Assembly (NCBI GenBank): GCA_963674965.2
Contig: CAXXFL010000006.1
Coordinates: 32,001-96,000 of the forward strand
From: a bacterium
GTDB taxonomy: Bacteria > RBG-13-61-14 > DATKZS01
Direction of reading: 5' to 3'
Length of the DNA: 64,000 bases
Below, one piece after another: positions 1 through 10,734 of this stretch (positions within the stretch are counted from its first letter, which is position 1; every line of letters begins with the position of its first letter). The translations under genes and the position numbers were made by a program. The notes below the pieces were generated by a model, which was not told the origin of the DNA, ran no database searches, and saw only the letters and a list, made by a program, of their open reading frames with translations.

Positions 1-2609
1 ACTACCTGGCGCGCCGCGACGCGGAGTGGATGGAGCCGGTTTACAACATGCTCGGCCTGACGGTGGGGGCCCTTCAGAACGACATGCCCGAGCAGGAGCG
101 GCGTGAGGCCTATAGCCGGGACATAACCTACGGCACGAACTCGGAGTTCGGCTTCGACTACCTTCGCGACAACCTCAAGCACCAGGTGGAGAACATGGTG
201 CAGCGTGACCCGCTGTACTTCGCCATCGTGGACGAGGTGGACTCGATTCTGGTGGACGAGGCCCGGACGCCGCTCATTATTTCCGGCGAGGTTGACCGTG
301 ACGACACCCAGGCCTTCGCGGAGCTTAAGCCCAGCATCGACCGGATCGTGCGGAAACAGCGCCAGATAGTGCGCCAGAAGTTCCTCGAGGCCCGGAAGCT
401 GAAGGGAGAAAACGGGGACGCGCCCGAGGATTTCTACTTCAAGCTCCTGCAGGTGAAGGTGGGCGACCCCAAGAACCGGGACCTTTTCAGCCTGATGGCC
501 CAGGACAAGTCGGTCCTTAAAAACATGGAGAAGCTCCATAACCAGCTCCGCGTGAACAAGACCGAGAAGGACCTGCAAAAGGGTATGCTCTACGCGCAAA
601 ACGAGCAGGACAACTCGATCGAGCTTACCGAGCTGGGCCAGCGTGAGTTGATGGACATGATAGGCGACGTTTTCGTGCTTCCCGAGCTTTCCACCGAGGA
701 GGAGGACATAAGGCGCGACTCGGGTCTTTCGGGCGAGGAAAAAGCCGAGAAGCTGGCCCTTTTGCAGAGCGAGTATCAGCAAAAGAGCGAGAAGCTACAC
801 TCGATCAACCAGCTTCTCAAGGCCTACACCATGTTCGAGATCGACGACGAGTACGTGGTCGAGAACGGGCGGGTGGTTATTGTGGACGAGTTCACGGGGC
901 GCAAGATGGAGGGCAGGCGCTACTCGGACGGCCTTCACCAGGCCATCGAGGCCAAGGAGGGCCTGACCATCGCCAAGGCCACCCAGACCATCGCCACCAT
1001 CACCCTCCAGAATTACTTCCGCATGTACAAGAAACTGGCGGGCATGACGGGAACGGCCGACACCGAGGCGGAGGAGTTCGAGAAGACCTACAAGATGGAG
1101 GTGGTGGTGATCCCGACCCACCTGCCCATGGTAAGGCGCGATTTCGGCGACGTAATTTACAAGACCGAGGCCCAGAAGTTCAAGGCCGTGGTGGAGGAGA
1201 TAGTCGAGGTCCACGAGACGGGCCAGCCCATATTGGTCGGCACCACCTCGGTCGAGAAGTCCGAGCGCCTCCACCGCATGCTGAAAAGAAAAGGCATAAG
1301 GCACAACGTCTTGAACGCCAAACAGCACGAGCGGGAGGCCGAGATCGTGGCCCAGGCCGGCGCGAGGAGCGCGGTGACCATCTCGACCAACATGGCCGGC
1401 CGAGGCACTGACATCATCCTGGGCGGCAACGTCGAGATGACGGCCAAGGCCCAGGCCCGGGGGGACGAGGAGAAATACAAGGAAATTTACGACCGGCTGC
1501 AGGAAAGCTGGGAGGAGGACCACGAGTACGTGATCGAGGCGGGCGGCCTTCATATCATCGGCACCGAGCGCCACGAGTCCAGGCGCATCGACAACCAGCT
1601 CCGCGGCCGCTCGGGCAGGCAGGGCGATCCGGGCAGCTCCCGCTTCTACCTTTCCCTCGAGGACGACCTGATGCGTATTTTCGGCTCCGACTCCCTGGCC
1701 AAGATCATGGACCGCATCGGCATCGAGGACAACGAGCCCATCGAGCACCGCATGGTCTCGAGGGCCATCCAGCGGGCCCAGGGCAAGGTCGAGGAACACA
1801 ACTTCGAGATTCGCAAAAGGCTGCTCGAGTACGACGACGTGATGAACAAGCAGCGCGAGGTCGTCTATGGTCTTCGCCGCGCCATCATGCGGTCCAAAAG
1901 CGTCAAGGACCGGGTCGAGTCCATGATCGACGACCTGGCGGCCGACGTTGTGTATTCCTTCGGCGACGAGAAGACCCCCGAGACCGAGTGGGACTGGCGG
2001 GGCATGAGCGTCAAGGTGGCCCACCAGTTCGGGCTGGCCCTGGATTTCGACCCGGACAAGCTCGAGAGCACCCATCCCCAGGACCTGGCCAACATGGTGG
2101 CCGAGAAAGCCCGGGAGTCCTACAACTGGCGGCGGGAAAAGATAGGCGACGAGATTTTCGACCAGGTCGAGCGCGACATCTACCTTTATACCATCGACTC
2201 CCTCTGGCAGGACCACCTCCTGGACATGGACCACTTAAAGGAGGGCATAGGACTGGCTGGATACGGACAGCGAGACCCCCTTATCGAGTATAAAAGGGAA
2301 GGCTTCGCCCTCTTCGACGAGCTACAGTACACCCTTCACGCCGAGGCCATCGGCCGGATTTTCCGCATCCAGCCCGTGGACAGGGACGATGAGGCCATGG
2401 AGAGAAGAAGACGCGGCCCCATCAGAAGCATGCGAGCGGGAAGGGGCTCGGGACCGGCCTCTCCTACCTCGCCGGATGAGCGGAGGCCCCTCCAGCCCTC
2501 GGAGGACCAAAAGCCCGTCACCTATAAAAGGGACATGCCCAAGGTCGGCCGTAACGATCCTTGCCCCTGCGGCTCGGGTAAAAAATACAAAAAGTGCTGC
2601 GGAGCATGA
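1..2609 (+). CDS. secA: Preprotein translocase ATPase SecA (5' end outside window)
   Basis: [10 protein letters not shown] in frame from the window start; [48 protein letters not shown]-terminal SEC-C motif [18 protein letters not shown]. Confidence 0.98.
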   Translation, partial: YLARRDAEWMEPVYNMLGLTVGALQNDMPEQERREAYSRDITYGTNSEFGFDYLRDNLKHQVENMVQRDPLYFAIVDEVDSILVDEARTPLIISGEVDRDDTQAFAELKPSIDRIVRKQRQIVRQKFLEARKLKGENGDAPEDFYFKLLQVKVGDPKNRDLFSLMAQDKSVLKNMEKLHNQLRVNKTEKDLQKGMLYAQNEQDNSIELTELGQRELMDMIGDVFVLPELSTEEEDIRRDSGLSGEEKAEKLALLQSEYQQKSEKLHSINQLLKAYTMFEIDDEYVVENGRVVIVDEFTGRKMEGRRYSDGLHQAIEAKEGLTIAKATQTIATITLQNYFRMYKKLAGMTGTADTEAEEFEKTYKMEVVVIPTHLPMVRRDFGDVIYKTEAQKFKAVVEEIVEVHETGQPILVGTTSVEKSERLHRMLKRKGIRHNVLNAKQHEREAEIVAQAGARSAVTISTNMAGRGTDIILGGNVEMTAKAQARGDEEKYKEIYDRLQESWEEDHEYVIEAGGLHIIGTERHESRRIDNQLRGRSGRQGDPGSSRFYLSLEDDLMRIFGSDSLAKIMDRIGIEDNEPIEHRMVSRAIQRAQGKVEEHNFEIRKRLLEYDDVMNKQREVVYGLRRAIMRSKSVKDRVESMIDDLAADVVYSFGDEKTPETEWDWRGMSVKVAHQFGLALDFDPDKLESTHPQDLANMVAEKARESYNWRREKIGDEIFDQVERDIYLYTIDSLWQDHLLDMDHLKEGIGLAGYGQRDPLIEYKREGFALFDELQYTLHAEAIGRIFRIQPVDRDDEAMERRRRGPIRSMRAGRGSGPASPTSPDERRPLQPSEDQKPVTYKRDMPKVGRNDPCPCGSGKKYKKCCGA

Positions 2610-2916
2610 TAGACTAAGAATTTCTTGAGCAATCCAAGATAGTTATCACTGCGCCATCCGACCGCTTGGATGGTATATTGACTATTTATTCCATCTTCCC
2701 GAGGATTATCGAGACATCGTCATTCAGCGCTCCGGACTTAAGCCTTACAAGCTCAGCTAGCTTGGGAAGGGCCCGTTCAGGATCGTTTCGGCGAACAATG
2801 GAATGGATTTCCTCGAACGGATATAATCGCCTACCACGCTTCCCTCACCAGATATATACTAAGAGGTACTTTGACAGAGGGATAAAAAGCTGAGAACATG
2901 GAACGTAAAGGCTATT

Positions 2917-3633
2917 ATGGATTATCAAAAAGAGTTGGCCGCCTCAGTGCGTCATTTTTGGAAAACCAGGGACGCACAATCAACGCGGCAAAAGGTTATC
3001 GGCAAAAAGGATCAGGGCGCCCGTTCCGCGGTTACCGGCGGGGCACAAATGGATGGGTTCTCCCGTCTTCTCGTTAAAATAATCAAGAGCGCCGGTATCT
3101 CGGAAGAATCGATCTTTGCCAATAAGCGACTGCTCGATCTGCCTGGTTTTTTCCGACCGACCAAGGAATGGGACATTCTGGTAGTGCAGGATGGGACTCT
3201 TCTGGCCGCGATCGAAATGAAATCGCAAGTTGGACCTTCCTTTGGCAACAATTTCAACAATAGGACGGAAGAGGCAATAGGGAACGCGGTTGATTTATGG
3301 ACGGCTTATCGAGAGAAAGCTTTCAAACAAACGACGAAGCCATGGCTTGGTTATTTGTTCCTTCTGGAGGATTGTCCCGGCTCACAAAACCCCGTTAAAG
3401 TCAGGGAGCCTCATTTCGCGGTTTTTCCCGAATTCATCGACGCTTCATACACCAGGCGATATGAAATATTCTGCTCGAAGCTTCTCTTGGAAAGACATTA
3501 CGACGCGGCCGCTTTGCTGACCTCGAACCGAACGGAAGGAATCAAAGGCGGTTTTACCGAACCAAATCTGGAAATCAATTTCGAGAGCTTCGCGAATTAT
3601 CTGCGAGCCTACCTTAGCGGACGGGCAAAATGA
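2917..3633 (+). CDS. PaeR7I/XhoI-family type II restriction endonuclease
   Basis: DQGARSAVTGGAQMDGF, LPGFFRPTKEWD, AIEMKSQVGPSFGNNFNNRTEEAIG; stop overlaps MTase start (ATGA). Confidence 0.88.
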   Translation: MDYQKELAASVRHFWKTRDAQSTRQKVIGKKDQGARSAVTGGAQMDGFSRLLVKIIKSAGISEESIFANKRLLDLPGFFRPTKEWDILVVQDGTLLAAIEMKSQVGPSFGNNFNNRTEEAIGNAVDLWTAYREKAFKQTTKPWLGYLFLLEDCPGSQNPVKVREPHFAVFPEFIDASYTRRYEIFCSKLLLERHYDAAALLTSNRTEGIKGGFTEPNLEINFESFANYLRAYLSGRAK

Positions 3634-4517
3634 AAAAGAACAAAAACGATAAATTCGAGACCCGCCACCGGCTGGTGCTGGGTGACGCCCGCGATCTCTC
3701 ATTTATCGCCGACGAGTCCGTGCATCTTGTGCTGACTTCTCCTCCCTACTGGAGCCTCAAGCGCTATGAGGACCACCCGGCCCAAATGGGCCACATGGAG
3801 GATTACGAGTTTTTTCTCCAGGAACTCGCGAAGGTGTGGCAAAACGCCTTTCGCGTTCTCGTTCCAGGCGGACGCCTGGTTTGCGTGGTGGGCGACGTGT
3901 GCCTGTCCCGCCGCAAAAACGGAGGCCGCCACGTGGTCGTCCCTCTGCACGCGGACATTTGCGTCCAGTGCAGGAAAATAGGTTTCGACAACCTCAACCC
4001 GATTATCTGGCATAAAATCGCCAACGCCAATTACGAGATCAAAAGAGGGTCGTCCTTTTTGGGCAAACCCTACGAGCCAAACGCCATTATTAAAAACGAC
4101 ATCGAGTTTATCCTGATGCAGAGAAAGCCCGGCGGATACAGAAAACCCACCCAGTCGCAAAGGGACGAAAGCCGCATATCCAAAGAGGACTTCAACAAGT
4201 GGTTCCGGCAATTCTGGACAATACCGGGGGCCTCGACCAAAAACCACCCCGCGCCCTTTCCCCTCGAGTTGGCCACGCGCGTCGTGCGCATGTTCTCCTT
4301 CGTGGAGGACACCGTCCTCGATCCCTTCTCGGGTACGGGCACGACCATGAAAGCGGCGATGCTTTGCGGAAGGAACAGCATCGGCGTCGAGATCGAAAAG
4401 AAATATTTCAAGATGGCCAAAACGGAGCTCGAGAAGGAAAAGGACCATTTATTCGAGTCCAGGTCCATCGAGTACCTCTCGGCCGACCGGCTTGGCGCCG
4501 GAAACATCTCATTATAA
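3630..4517 (+). CDS. Site-specific amino (N4-C/N6-A) DNA methyltransferase, beta order
   Basis: Catalytic TSPPY near N-terminus, HPAPFP, SAM-binding VLDPFSGTGTT near C-terminus. Confidence 0.93.
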   Translation: MKKNKNDKFETRHRLVLGDARDLSFIADESVHLVLTSPPYWSLKRYEDHPAQMGHMEDYEFFLQELAKVWQNAFRVLVPGGRLVCVVGDVCLSRRKNGGRHVVVPLHADICVQCRKIGFDNLNPIIWHKIANANYEIKRGSSFLGKPYEPNAIIKNDIEFILMQRKPGGYRKPTQSQRDESRISKEDFNKWFRQFWTIPGASTKNHPAPFPLELATRVVRMFSFVEDTVLDPFSGTGTTMKAAMLCGRNSIGVEIEKKYFKMAKTELEKEKDHLFESRSIEYLSADRLGAGNISL

Positions 4518-4675
4518 CCGCCCGGATGGCGCCCAATTTCGCGGCCCCCTCCACGTATGCTTTTACTTTCACCTGCCCCATCAAGTCGATTATTCCTTTC
4601 AAGGGCCGGGTTTGCACTTCGGAATTGACGTACTATTATATTGATGGGGAAAACCTTCTTGGAAGTTCGATTTGA

Positions 4676-5596
4676 ATGGAGCGGCAAATGGGGAAGATTA
4701 CTCGATACCTGGCATACGCCCGCGCGCCTTTTCTGACCGCGTCGGTCGTGCCCGTTTTCGTGGGCGGGGCGCTGGCTTACAAGGTGGGGGCCGATTTCAG
4801 TTGGCTCTACTTTATATTGACTCTTTCAGGCATGGTCTTCGCTCATCTGGGCATCAACCTTTTTAACGATTATCACGATTATTTGCAGGGGGCGGACCAG
4901 GGAAACCGGCGGCGAAGCCCCTTTAACGGCGGCTCTTCTCATTTGGTCGAGGGCACGGAAAAACCGGGGACCATCTTCAAGATGGCCGTTTTCAGCCTGG
5001 CGATAGCTGCGGCTATGGGCGGGGCGCTGGCCTTTCTGGTTGACGGCGGGATAGGCCCCATTTTCTGGCTGGCCCTTTTCGGCTTTTTGGGCGGGTTCTT
5101 TTACACGGCCCCTCCCCTCAAGTTCGCCTACCGGGGCGCGGGCGAGATAGCCATTTTGCTCAACTTCGGGGTCCTGCCGACGATGGGCGCCTATTACGTG
5201 CAGACGGGTTCCCTGGCCCTTGCTCCCGCCGTTGCGGGCGTGGCCATAGGTTTCGCCATTACCAACGTCTTATGGATCAACCAGTTCCCCGACCGTGACT
5301 CGGACATGGAAGCGGGCAAGAGAACTCTGGTGGTGAGGATGGGTACCAGACGAGCCAGTTACATGTACCTGGTTTTTCTGGCGGGATCGGCGTCTTTTAT
5401 CGCCCTGCCCTCTTTCTGGCCGGCATTGGGTCCATATTACGCCCTCGGCCTTCTCGGTCTGTTGCCTTCCCTGGCTGCCGCCGCAATTTTACTCCGACGT
5501 CACGGCGATCCCTCAAAGCTGGAGAAGGGCCAGGCTTTTACCATATTAGCTCACCTCGCCATGGGGGTACTTGTAACGGTGGGCATTTTAATCTAA
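4676..5596 (+). CDS. menA: UbiA-family prenyltransferase, MenA-like
   Basis: NLFNDYHDYLQGAD, YTAPPLKFAYRG, NQFPDRDSDMEAGKRTLVVR; multiple TM helices. Confidence 0.8.
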   Translation: MERQMGKITRYLAYARAPFLTASVVPVFVGGALAYKVGADFSWLYFILTLSGMVFAHLGINLFNDYHDYLQGADQGNRRRSPFNGGSSHLVEGTEKPGTIFKMAVFSLAIAAAMGGALAFLVDGGIGPIFWLALFGFLGGFFYTAPPLKFAYRGAGEIAILLNFGVLPTMGAYYVQTGSLALAPAVAGVAIGFAITNVLWINQFPDRDSDMEAGKRTLVVRMGTRRASYMYLVFLAGSASFIALPSFWPALGPYYALGLLGLLPSLAAAAILLRRHGDPSKLEKGQAFTILAHLAMGVLVTVGILI

Positions 5597-5753
5597 GGGG
5601 AAAAAGGGGGGAAGCGGGAGCAGCCAAAACCATCGGAAAGAAACAGCATATTTCCAAAGGCTTTTTCCATAAACGATACTCCAATTAAATTGGCCGGAGA
5701 TGTAACGAAAACGACTTTTCGAGCACATAAGTATAATAAGGCGCGCTTGTTCA

Positions 5754-7982
5754 ATGAAACGATTACAATTATTTTTACAATTCAGTTTTATTTTCGGCCA
5801 GATGCGTTCCCTTTTCTCTCGCGATTCTTCAATTTGTTCTACCAATTATTACAGGCGTTGCCGCTCGTTTGAAACAAAAGGCGCTCAAGGTCTGGCGAGC
5901 GGTTCAGTGGTTTTCCCGTCCTTGGTCTTCGCGGTCATCCCGGCCATAGCCTGGGGTGGGAAAGCTCCGTTTTATCTTGAGCATCCGGGCTTTTTCTGGT
6001 CCTTCATCGGAATACTCGCCTCGCTTACGGCCGTTTTTTTCGCGCTTTACCTTAATATCAGAAGGCGCTTGCATATCGAGAGGCGTCTACTTGAAAGTGA
6101 AGGAAAGTACAGAAGGATAACGGACAACGCAAGGGACATGATCTACCGAATGTCCCTTCCCTCAGGCAAGTACGAGTATATAAGCCCGGCTTCCATTGAA
6201 ATTTCCGGATACACCCCCGAGGAGTTTTATCAAAACCCCCTGCTTATTAGAGACATCATCCATCCCGACTGGCACGATTACTTCAAAAACGCCTGGGAAG
6301 ACCTTCTTGCCGGAAAGGTCCCGGCTTCCTACGAGTATCAGGCCGTGTCTAAAAGCGGTGAAATCAAATGGTTTTACCAGCGGAACGTACTGATAATGGA
6401 AGAGGGAGAACCCGTCGCCATCGAGGGAATTGTAACGGATATTACCGCTCGCAAGAACTTCGAGGCCGCCCTCCTCGAAAGCGAGAGGAAATACAGGGAA
6501 CTGGTGGAAAACGCCAACAGCATCATCCTGCGCATGGACTCGGTTGGGACCATTAAATATATTAACGAGTTCGCCCTCGAGTTTTTCGGCTTTGAAGAAA
6601 ATGAACTGGTGGGAAAGAACGTGGTGGGAACGATAGTGCCGGAGACCGAATCGACCGGCCGCGACCTGCGGGAAATGATCCAGGGAATCGGCCTGCAACC
6701 GGAGATGTACGGGGCCAATGAAAACGAAAACATCCGCCGCAATGGGGAAAGGGTATGGGTCGCCTGGACCAACAAGGCCATTTTCGACGAGGCGGGCAAC
6801 ATAGCCCAGATACTTTGCGTCGGAAGCGATATAAGCGATATCAAGCGCCTGGAAGAAAAGCTCCGGGAATCGCAGAAAATGGAGGCCGTGGGCAGACTTG
6901 CCGGCGGAATTGCCCATGACTTCAACAACCTTTTAACGGCCATCAACGGTTACGCCGAAATGCTCACGAGCCGCCTGGACCCAAACGGACGCGCCTACCG
7001 GGAGGCGTCGGAAATATTAAAGGCGGGCGAAAAAGCGGCCGGGCTAACGGGCCAGCTCCTGGCCTTCGGCCAAAAGCAGATACTCGCGCCCAAGACCCTC
7101 GAGGTCAACCGATTCCTTGCCGACATGGAGGATAAACTGGTTAGCGCCGCCGGGCCCGGTATTGCTATCGAGTTTGAACTCTCCCCGCAAGCCGGCGCGG
7201 TCAAGGCCGATCCTTATCAGATCGAGTTGGTCATTATGAACCTGGTCAAAAACTCGGCTCGATCCATACCGGGGGAAGGCAAAATAATCATATCCTCAGG
7301 CCTCGAGAATTGGAAGCTAATCGATAATGGCGAAAGGGTTCGATCCAAGGGAGGGCCTTTCACCATGATCGCCGTCGAGGATAACGGGCCGGGCATGGAC
7401 AAGGAAACCGCGGCGAAAATATTCGAGCCCTTTTTTACCACCAAGGAGATGGGCAACGGCTCGGGTCTTGGCCTTTCCTCGGTGTACGGCATAATCGAGC
7501 AAAGCGGCGGCCACGTCATGGTCTCGAGCGAGCCGGGAAAAGGCTCCCGTTTCGAGGTGTTCCTGCCCGCTCTCTCGGTCCCGCCAACCGCGCGAGCGGT
7601 CGCGGCCGACTCCGAGGCATTAATGGGCAAGGAAACCATATTGCTTATAGAGGCTGAAGACGCGGTTCGCGAGCTTATCCGGGAAATTCTCGAGAGCAGG
7701 GGCTATAAGGTAATAACCGCGGAAGACGTGGACTCGGCCGTGCAAATTTGTTCACATGGGTCCGAGTCTATCGATCTTGTCCTGTCCGATTACAATATCG
7801 GCGGGGAGCCCGGAAAAGGAGCGGCCGAGGCGTGTCTCGAATCTTTGCCGCGGGCGAAAATCCTTTATATGTCTTGTCAGCCGCAAGCGGGAGAGAAGGC
7901 CTACGCATGGGAATGCATTGGAAAACCCTTCCATCCCGATGAACTCCTGGCCAAGGTAAGGTCGGTAATCGACGGCAAATAA
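5754..7982 (+). CDS. Hybrid PAS-PAS sensor histidine kinase/receiver (start uncertain, possibly ~5907)
   Basis: Two PAS domains, H-box GGIAHDFNNLL, FEPFFTTKEMGNGSGLGLS, C-terminal receiver. Confidence 0.92.
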   Translation: MKRLQLFLQFSFIFGQMRSLFSRDSSICSTNYYRRCRSFETKGAQGLASGSVVFPSLVFAVIPAIAWGGKAPFYLEHPGFFWSFIGILASLTAVFFALYLNIRRRLHIERRLLESEGKYRRITDNARDMIYRMSLPSGKYEYISPASIEISGYTPEEFYQNPLLIRDIIHPDWHDYFKNAWEDLLAGKVPASYEYQAVSKSGEIKWFYQRNVLIMEEGEPVAIEGIVTDITARKNFEAALLESERKYRELVENANSIILRMDSVGTIKYINEFALEFFGFEENELVGKNVVGTIVPETESTGRDLREMIQGIGLQPEMYGANENENIRRNGERVWVAWTNKAIFDEAGNIAQILCVGSDISDIKRLEEKLRESQKMEAVGRLAGGIAHDFNNLLTAINGYAEMLTSRLDPNGRAYREASEILKAGEKAAGLTGQLLAFGQKQILAPKTLEVNRFLADMEDKLVSAAGPGIAIEFELSPQAGAVKADPYQIELVIMNLVKNSARSIPGEGKIIISSGLENWKLIDNGERVRSKGGPFTMIAVEDNGPGMDKETAAKIFEPFFTTKEMGNGSGLGLSSVYGIIEQSGGHVMVSSEPGKGSRFEVFLPALSVPPTARAVAADSEALMGKETILLIEAEDAVRELIREILESRGYKVITAEDVDSAVQICSHGSESIDLVLSDYNIGGEPGKGAAEACLESLPRAKILYMSCQPQAGEKAYAWECIGKPFHPDELLAKVRSVIDGK

Positions 7983-7995
7983 TTATCATCGGGGA

Positions 7996-8874
7996 GTGAT
8001 CGAATTGAGCAAGGAAAGTTATAAAGGATCGGTCGTGGTTACGGGTACATCCACCGGGATAGGAAGGTCATGCGCCCTTTACCTTTCCCGTCTGGGCTTT
8101 AAGGTGTTCGCGGCGGTCAGAAAGGAAACCGACGGCGATTCAATCAATGAGGCCTCATCGGGAAAGATAAAGCCCGTGCTGATGGACCTTCTCGATCATG
8201 AATCCATTCGCGCTGGAGCAAAGAAGGTGGAGGATGAACTGGGCGGCCAGGGTCTTTCCGGTCTGGTCAATAACGCGGGCATCGCCGTTGCCGGCCCCCT
8301 CGAGGTCCTTCCCCTGGCGAGGCTGGAGGAACAACTCAAGGTAAACGTGGTCGGCCAGGTGGCGGTGACGCAGGCGTTCCTCCCCCTTCTTCGCCGGGGC
8401 AAGGGGCGCGTGATCAATATCGGCTCGGACAACGGCAAGGCGGCCTGGCCCTATCTCGGGGCTTATTGCGCGTCCAAGCACGCCATCGAGGCCCTTTCCG
8501 ATTCCCTTCGCATGGAGCTTATGCCCTGGGGGATTAAGGTAATTCTAATCGAGCCAGGCAGCATTAAAACCGCCATCTGGGGAAAATCCAAATCCGACGC
8601 TGACGCCCTTGTAAGCGGCATGTCCGAGGAGGGTAAAAAACTTTACGGGCACGTAATCCCCATGCTTTACAAAGTATCTGATTTAATGGAGAAAACCGGG
8701 ATCGAACCCGAGAGCGTTGCCTCAGTCGCCGCCCTTGCCTTGACCTCGTCCCATCCCCGGGCCCGCTACGTTGTCGGTATTGACGCCAAGGCCCAGATAC
8801 TGGCGGCCAGGCTTATTCCCACCTGGATTAGAGACCGTTTAATAATGAAAGCCATCGATTATCTTGGAAAGTGA
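7996..8874 (+). CDS. Short-chain dehydrogenase/reductase
   Basis: TGTSTGIG, LVNNAGI, YCASK. Confidence 0.93.
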   Translation: MIELSKESYKGSVVVTGTSTGIGRSCALYLSRLGFKVFAAVRKETDGDSINEASSGKIKPVLMDLLDHESIRAGAKKVEDELGGQGLSGLVNNAGIAVAGPLEVLPLARLEEQLKVNVVGQVAVTQAFLPLLRRGKGRVINIGSDNGKAAWPYLGAYCASKHAIEALSDSLRMELMPWGIKVILIEPGSIKTAIWGKSKSDADALVSGMSEEGKKLYGHVIPMLYKVSDLMEKTGIEPESVASVAALALTSSHPRARYVVGIDAKAQILAARLIPTWIRDRLIMKAIDYLGK

Positions 8875-9010
8875 AAGAAAACGAGCGGAGAATCGTCTAT
8901 TATTTAAGTTTAATTTTCAGGGTATTAAAGTATATTTCGCCATTTTCTCCCCCTCACTTATTTCTGACTGAACCCTCTTAATAGTTTTATTAGAAAATAT
9001 TAATTTTCAC

Positions 9011-9039
9011 TTGACAAACACAATATCTGGTGCTAACCT
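9011..9039 (+). promoter_or_regulatory. sigma70 promoter of csp gene
   Basis: TTGACA-17bp-TAACCT with extended -10 TG; ~150 nt leader to the ATG. Confidence 0.65.
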
Positions 9040-9194
9040 TACCATATAAGCTGGAGCATAATTGGAACTCATTGGCTTTTAGACAGGTATATTGTTGGTT
9101 AGTAAGGTGTTTTTCGAAGATTAAGATTTGATTAGAGGGAAAAGAAACGCCCGCGGAGGAAGACGAATCTCTTGAGACGAAAGGAGTAAAAAAA

Positions 9195-9395
9195 ATGTTG
9201 GAAGGATTTGTTAAATGGTTCAATGACTCGAAAGGGTTCGGTTTCATTGAGCAGGACACGGGGGAAGATATCTTTGTGCACTTCTCGGCCATCGAGGGAG
9301 AAGGCTATAAGTCTTTAAACGACGGTCAGAAAGTAGAATTCGAGTACATAGACACGCCCAAGGGACTTCAGGCGACCAAGGTGGCGAAAATATAG
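9195..9395 (+). CDS. cspA: Cold-shock protein
   Basis: [13 protein letters not shown] (RNP1), DIFVHFSAI (RNP2); AAGGAG RBS. Confidence 0.95.
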   Translation: MLEGFVKWFNDSKGFGFIEQDTGEDIFVHFSAIEGEGYKSLNDGQKVEFEYIDTPKGLQATKVAKI

Positions 9396-9430
9396 TCTCA
9401 CGACTGAACTATCAACAAAACCCTCAAACC

Positions 9431-9461
9431 TCCGGGCCCAGGTGCGGCCCGGAATTTTTTT
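9431..9461 (+). terminator. Rho-independent terminator after csp
   Basis: TCCGGGCC-N7-GGCCCGGA followed by T-tract. Confidence 0.75.
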
Positions 9462-9473
9462 CTCTATAATTAT

Positions 9474-9659
9474 AAGCTTCTTGCAAAGGTCCTTTTCTTG
9501 GCGGCATAGCCGCTTTGGAGTGCGGTCGCTTGAGACCGCTTTCGATGGCCTTGGCTTGACAAGGCCTATTAATACACCGGCTTGCCTCGCGTCAAGCCGC
9601 TCGGAAGAAAAGCGGCGTCGAGCCGCTGCACTCCAAAGCGGGAATTTTGCAAGAGGCTC
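9474..9659 (+). mobile_element. MITE family A copy 1 (REP doublet inside terminal inverted repeats)
   Basis: Ends AAGCTTCTTGCAAAG...TTTTGCAAGAGGCTC, flanked by ATTAT duplication; near-identical to 23332-23517 and 52861-53102. Confidence 0.88.
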
Positions 9660-9695
9660 ATTATTTCTATTATTTTGAAATTCAAGAAAAACGCG

Positions 9696-9992
9696 TCATT
9701 CATGCCCTTCAAATAATGCCTTTAATTTTAAGGCGTCAACATTTTCCAGGCGTACCGTCTTTCTCCTGGATTTTTCCCCGGATACGATCAAGACGCTGGA
9801 TTTTGCGACCCCGGCCTGTTTGGCCATGAGCGCGATAACGGCTTTATTGGCTTTTGAATCCACGGGTGGGGCGGTGACGCTGACCAGAAGGCGGCCGTCT
9901 TTTATTGGACCGATACCGTCTCGAGAGGATTTGGGCTTGACCAGGATATTGACCATAACGCCATTATCTCGAGACCATATCCACTCGTCCAA
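9696..9992 (-). CDS. yggU: DUF167/YggU family protein
   Basis: VKPKSSRD, VTAPPVDSKANKA, IVSGEKSRRK; conserved yggS-proC-yggT-divIVA context. Confidence 0.88.
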   Translation of the reverse strand: MDEWIWSRDNGVMVNILVKPKSSRDGIGPIKDGRLLVSVTAPPVDSKANKAVIALMAKQAGVAKSSVLIVSGEKSRRKTVRLENVDALKLKALFEGHE

Positions 9993-10057
9993 TTAATATT
10001 CCCCGCTCGGGAGGCGGACTGATCGTCCACCTCCATATCGAAAAGGAAAAGGGCGCT

Positions 10058-10561
10058 TTATCTTCCCTGGATAACGCGCAGGTTCGAGCCCGAGTCCTCG
10101 AATTCGCGGCCGTCGTGCAGCTCGGCCGCGTCGAGCAGGGCCAGGTGCGTCTTCAACACGGACCTCACCTGCTCCCGGGCCCGGACGCGCTGCTCCCGGT
10201 ACTCCTGGATGTCCGACTGAATGTCGATTAACTGGTCGCGGGCGCGCTTGATAATCGAGTCGGCCTCAAGCTCGGCGTGGGCCACGATGGCCTGGGCCTC
10301 CTTGACCATCTTGGCCTTCATGTCGTCGCTGAGTCTTTGCGCCGTAATGATGGCTTCCTTTAAGATGGACTCTTTTTCCTTGATCTCGGCCAGGTCGGCG
10401 GATTTCCTTTTCAACTCCTCCGTGAGAAAACGGTTCTCCTGGATAAGCTCCTCCATTTCCTGGGAGATCATCTCCAGGAAAATCTCGACCTCCCTCGGGT
10501 CGTAACCGCGAAATTTCTTAGGAAAACGATGGTTTCCAATATCGAGCGGAGTAATCTTCAT
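10058..10561 (-). CDS. divIVA: DivIVA domain protein
   Basis: ITPLDIGNHRFPKKFRGYDPREV followed by coiled coil. Confidence 0.9.
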   Translation of the reverse strand: MKITPLDIGNHRFPKKFRGYDPREVEIFLEMISQEMEELIQENRFLTEELKRKSADLAEIKEKESILKEAIITAQRLSDDMKAKMVKEAQAIVAHAELEADSIIKRARDQLIDIQSDIQEYREQRVRAREQVRSVLKTHLALLDAAELHDGREFEDSGSNLRVIQGR

Positions 10562-10734
10562 TACAATCCTCCTTGCAGCGTTAACGCCAGCTCCCGCGTC
10601 AGTTTAAGAGCATCAACTTTTCAGCTTCCGAGCGACCAACCACTCCCCAGTGAACCCGCCGTGTGCTGAAGACCAATTCCTTATACAAATACAATTTATC
10701 CCGCATTGTTTAACGTGGAACATTAAATTCCTCG

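Noticed and set aside
795-2234. Long antisense ORFs (also 20853-22193, 49161-51122, 60099-62039, 62430-63959 and others)
   Set aside because: Shadow frames of GC-rich genes with clear identity on the opposite strand
2686-2844. Minus-strand frame ending [13 protein letters not shown], like a PP2C/SpoIIE C-terminus
   Set aside because: No start codon and only a short motif; possible remnant but not supportable
9442-9678. Small ORFs over MITE copies (also 23325-23519, 52938-53150)
   Set aside because: Translations of the non-coding repeat
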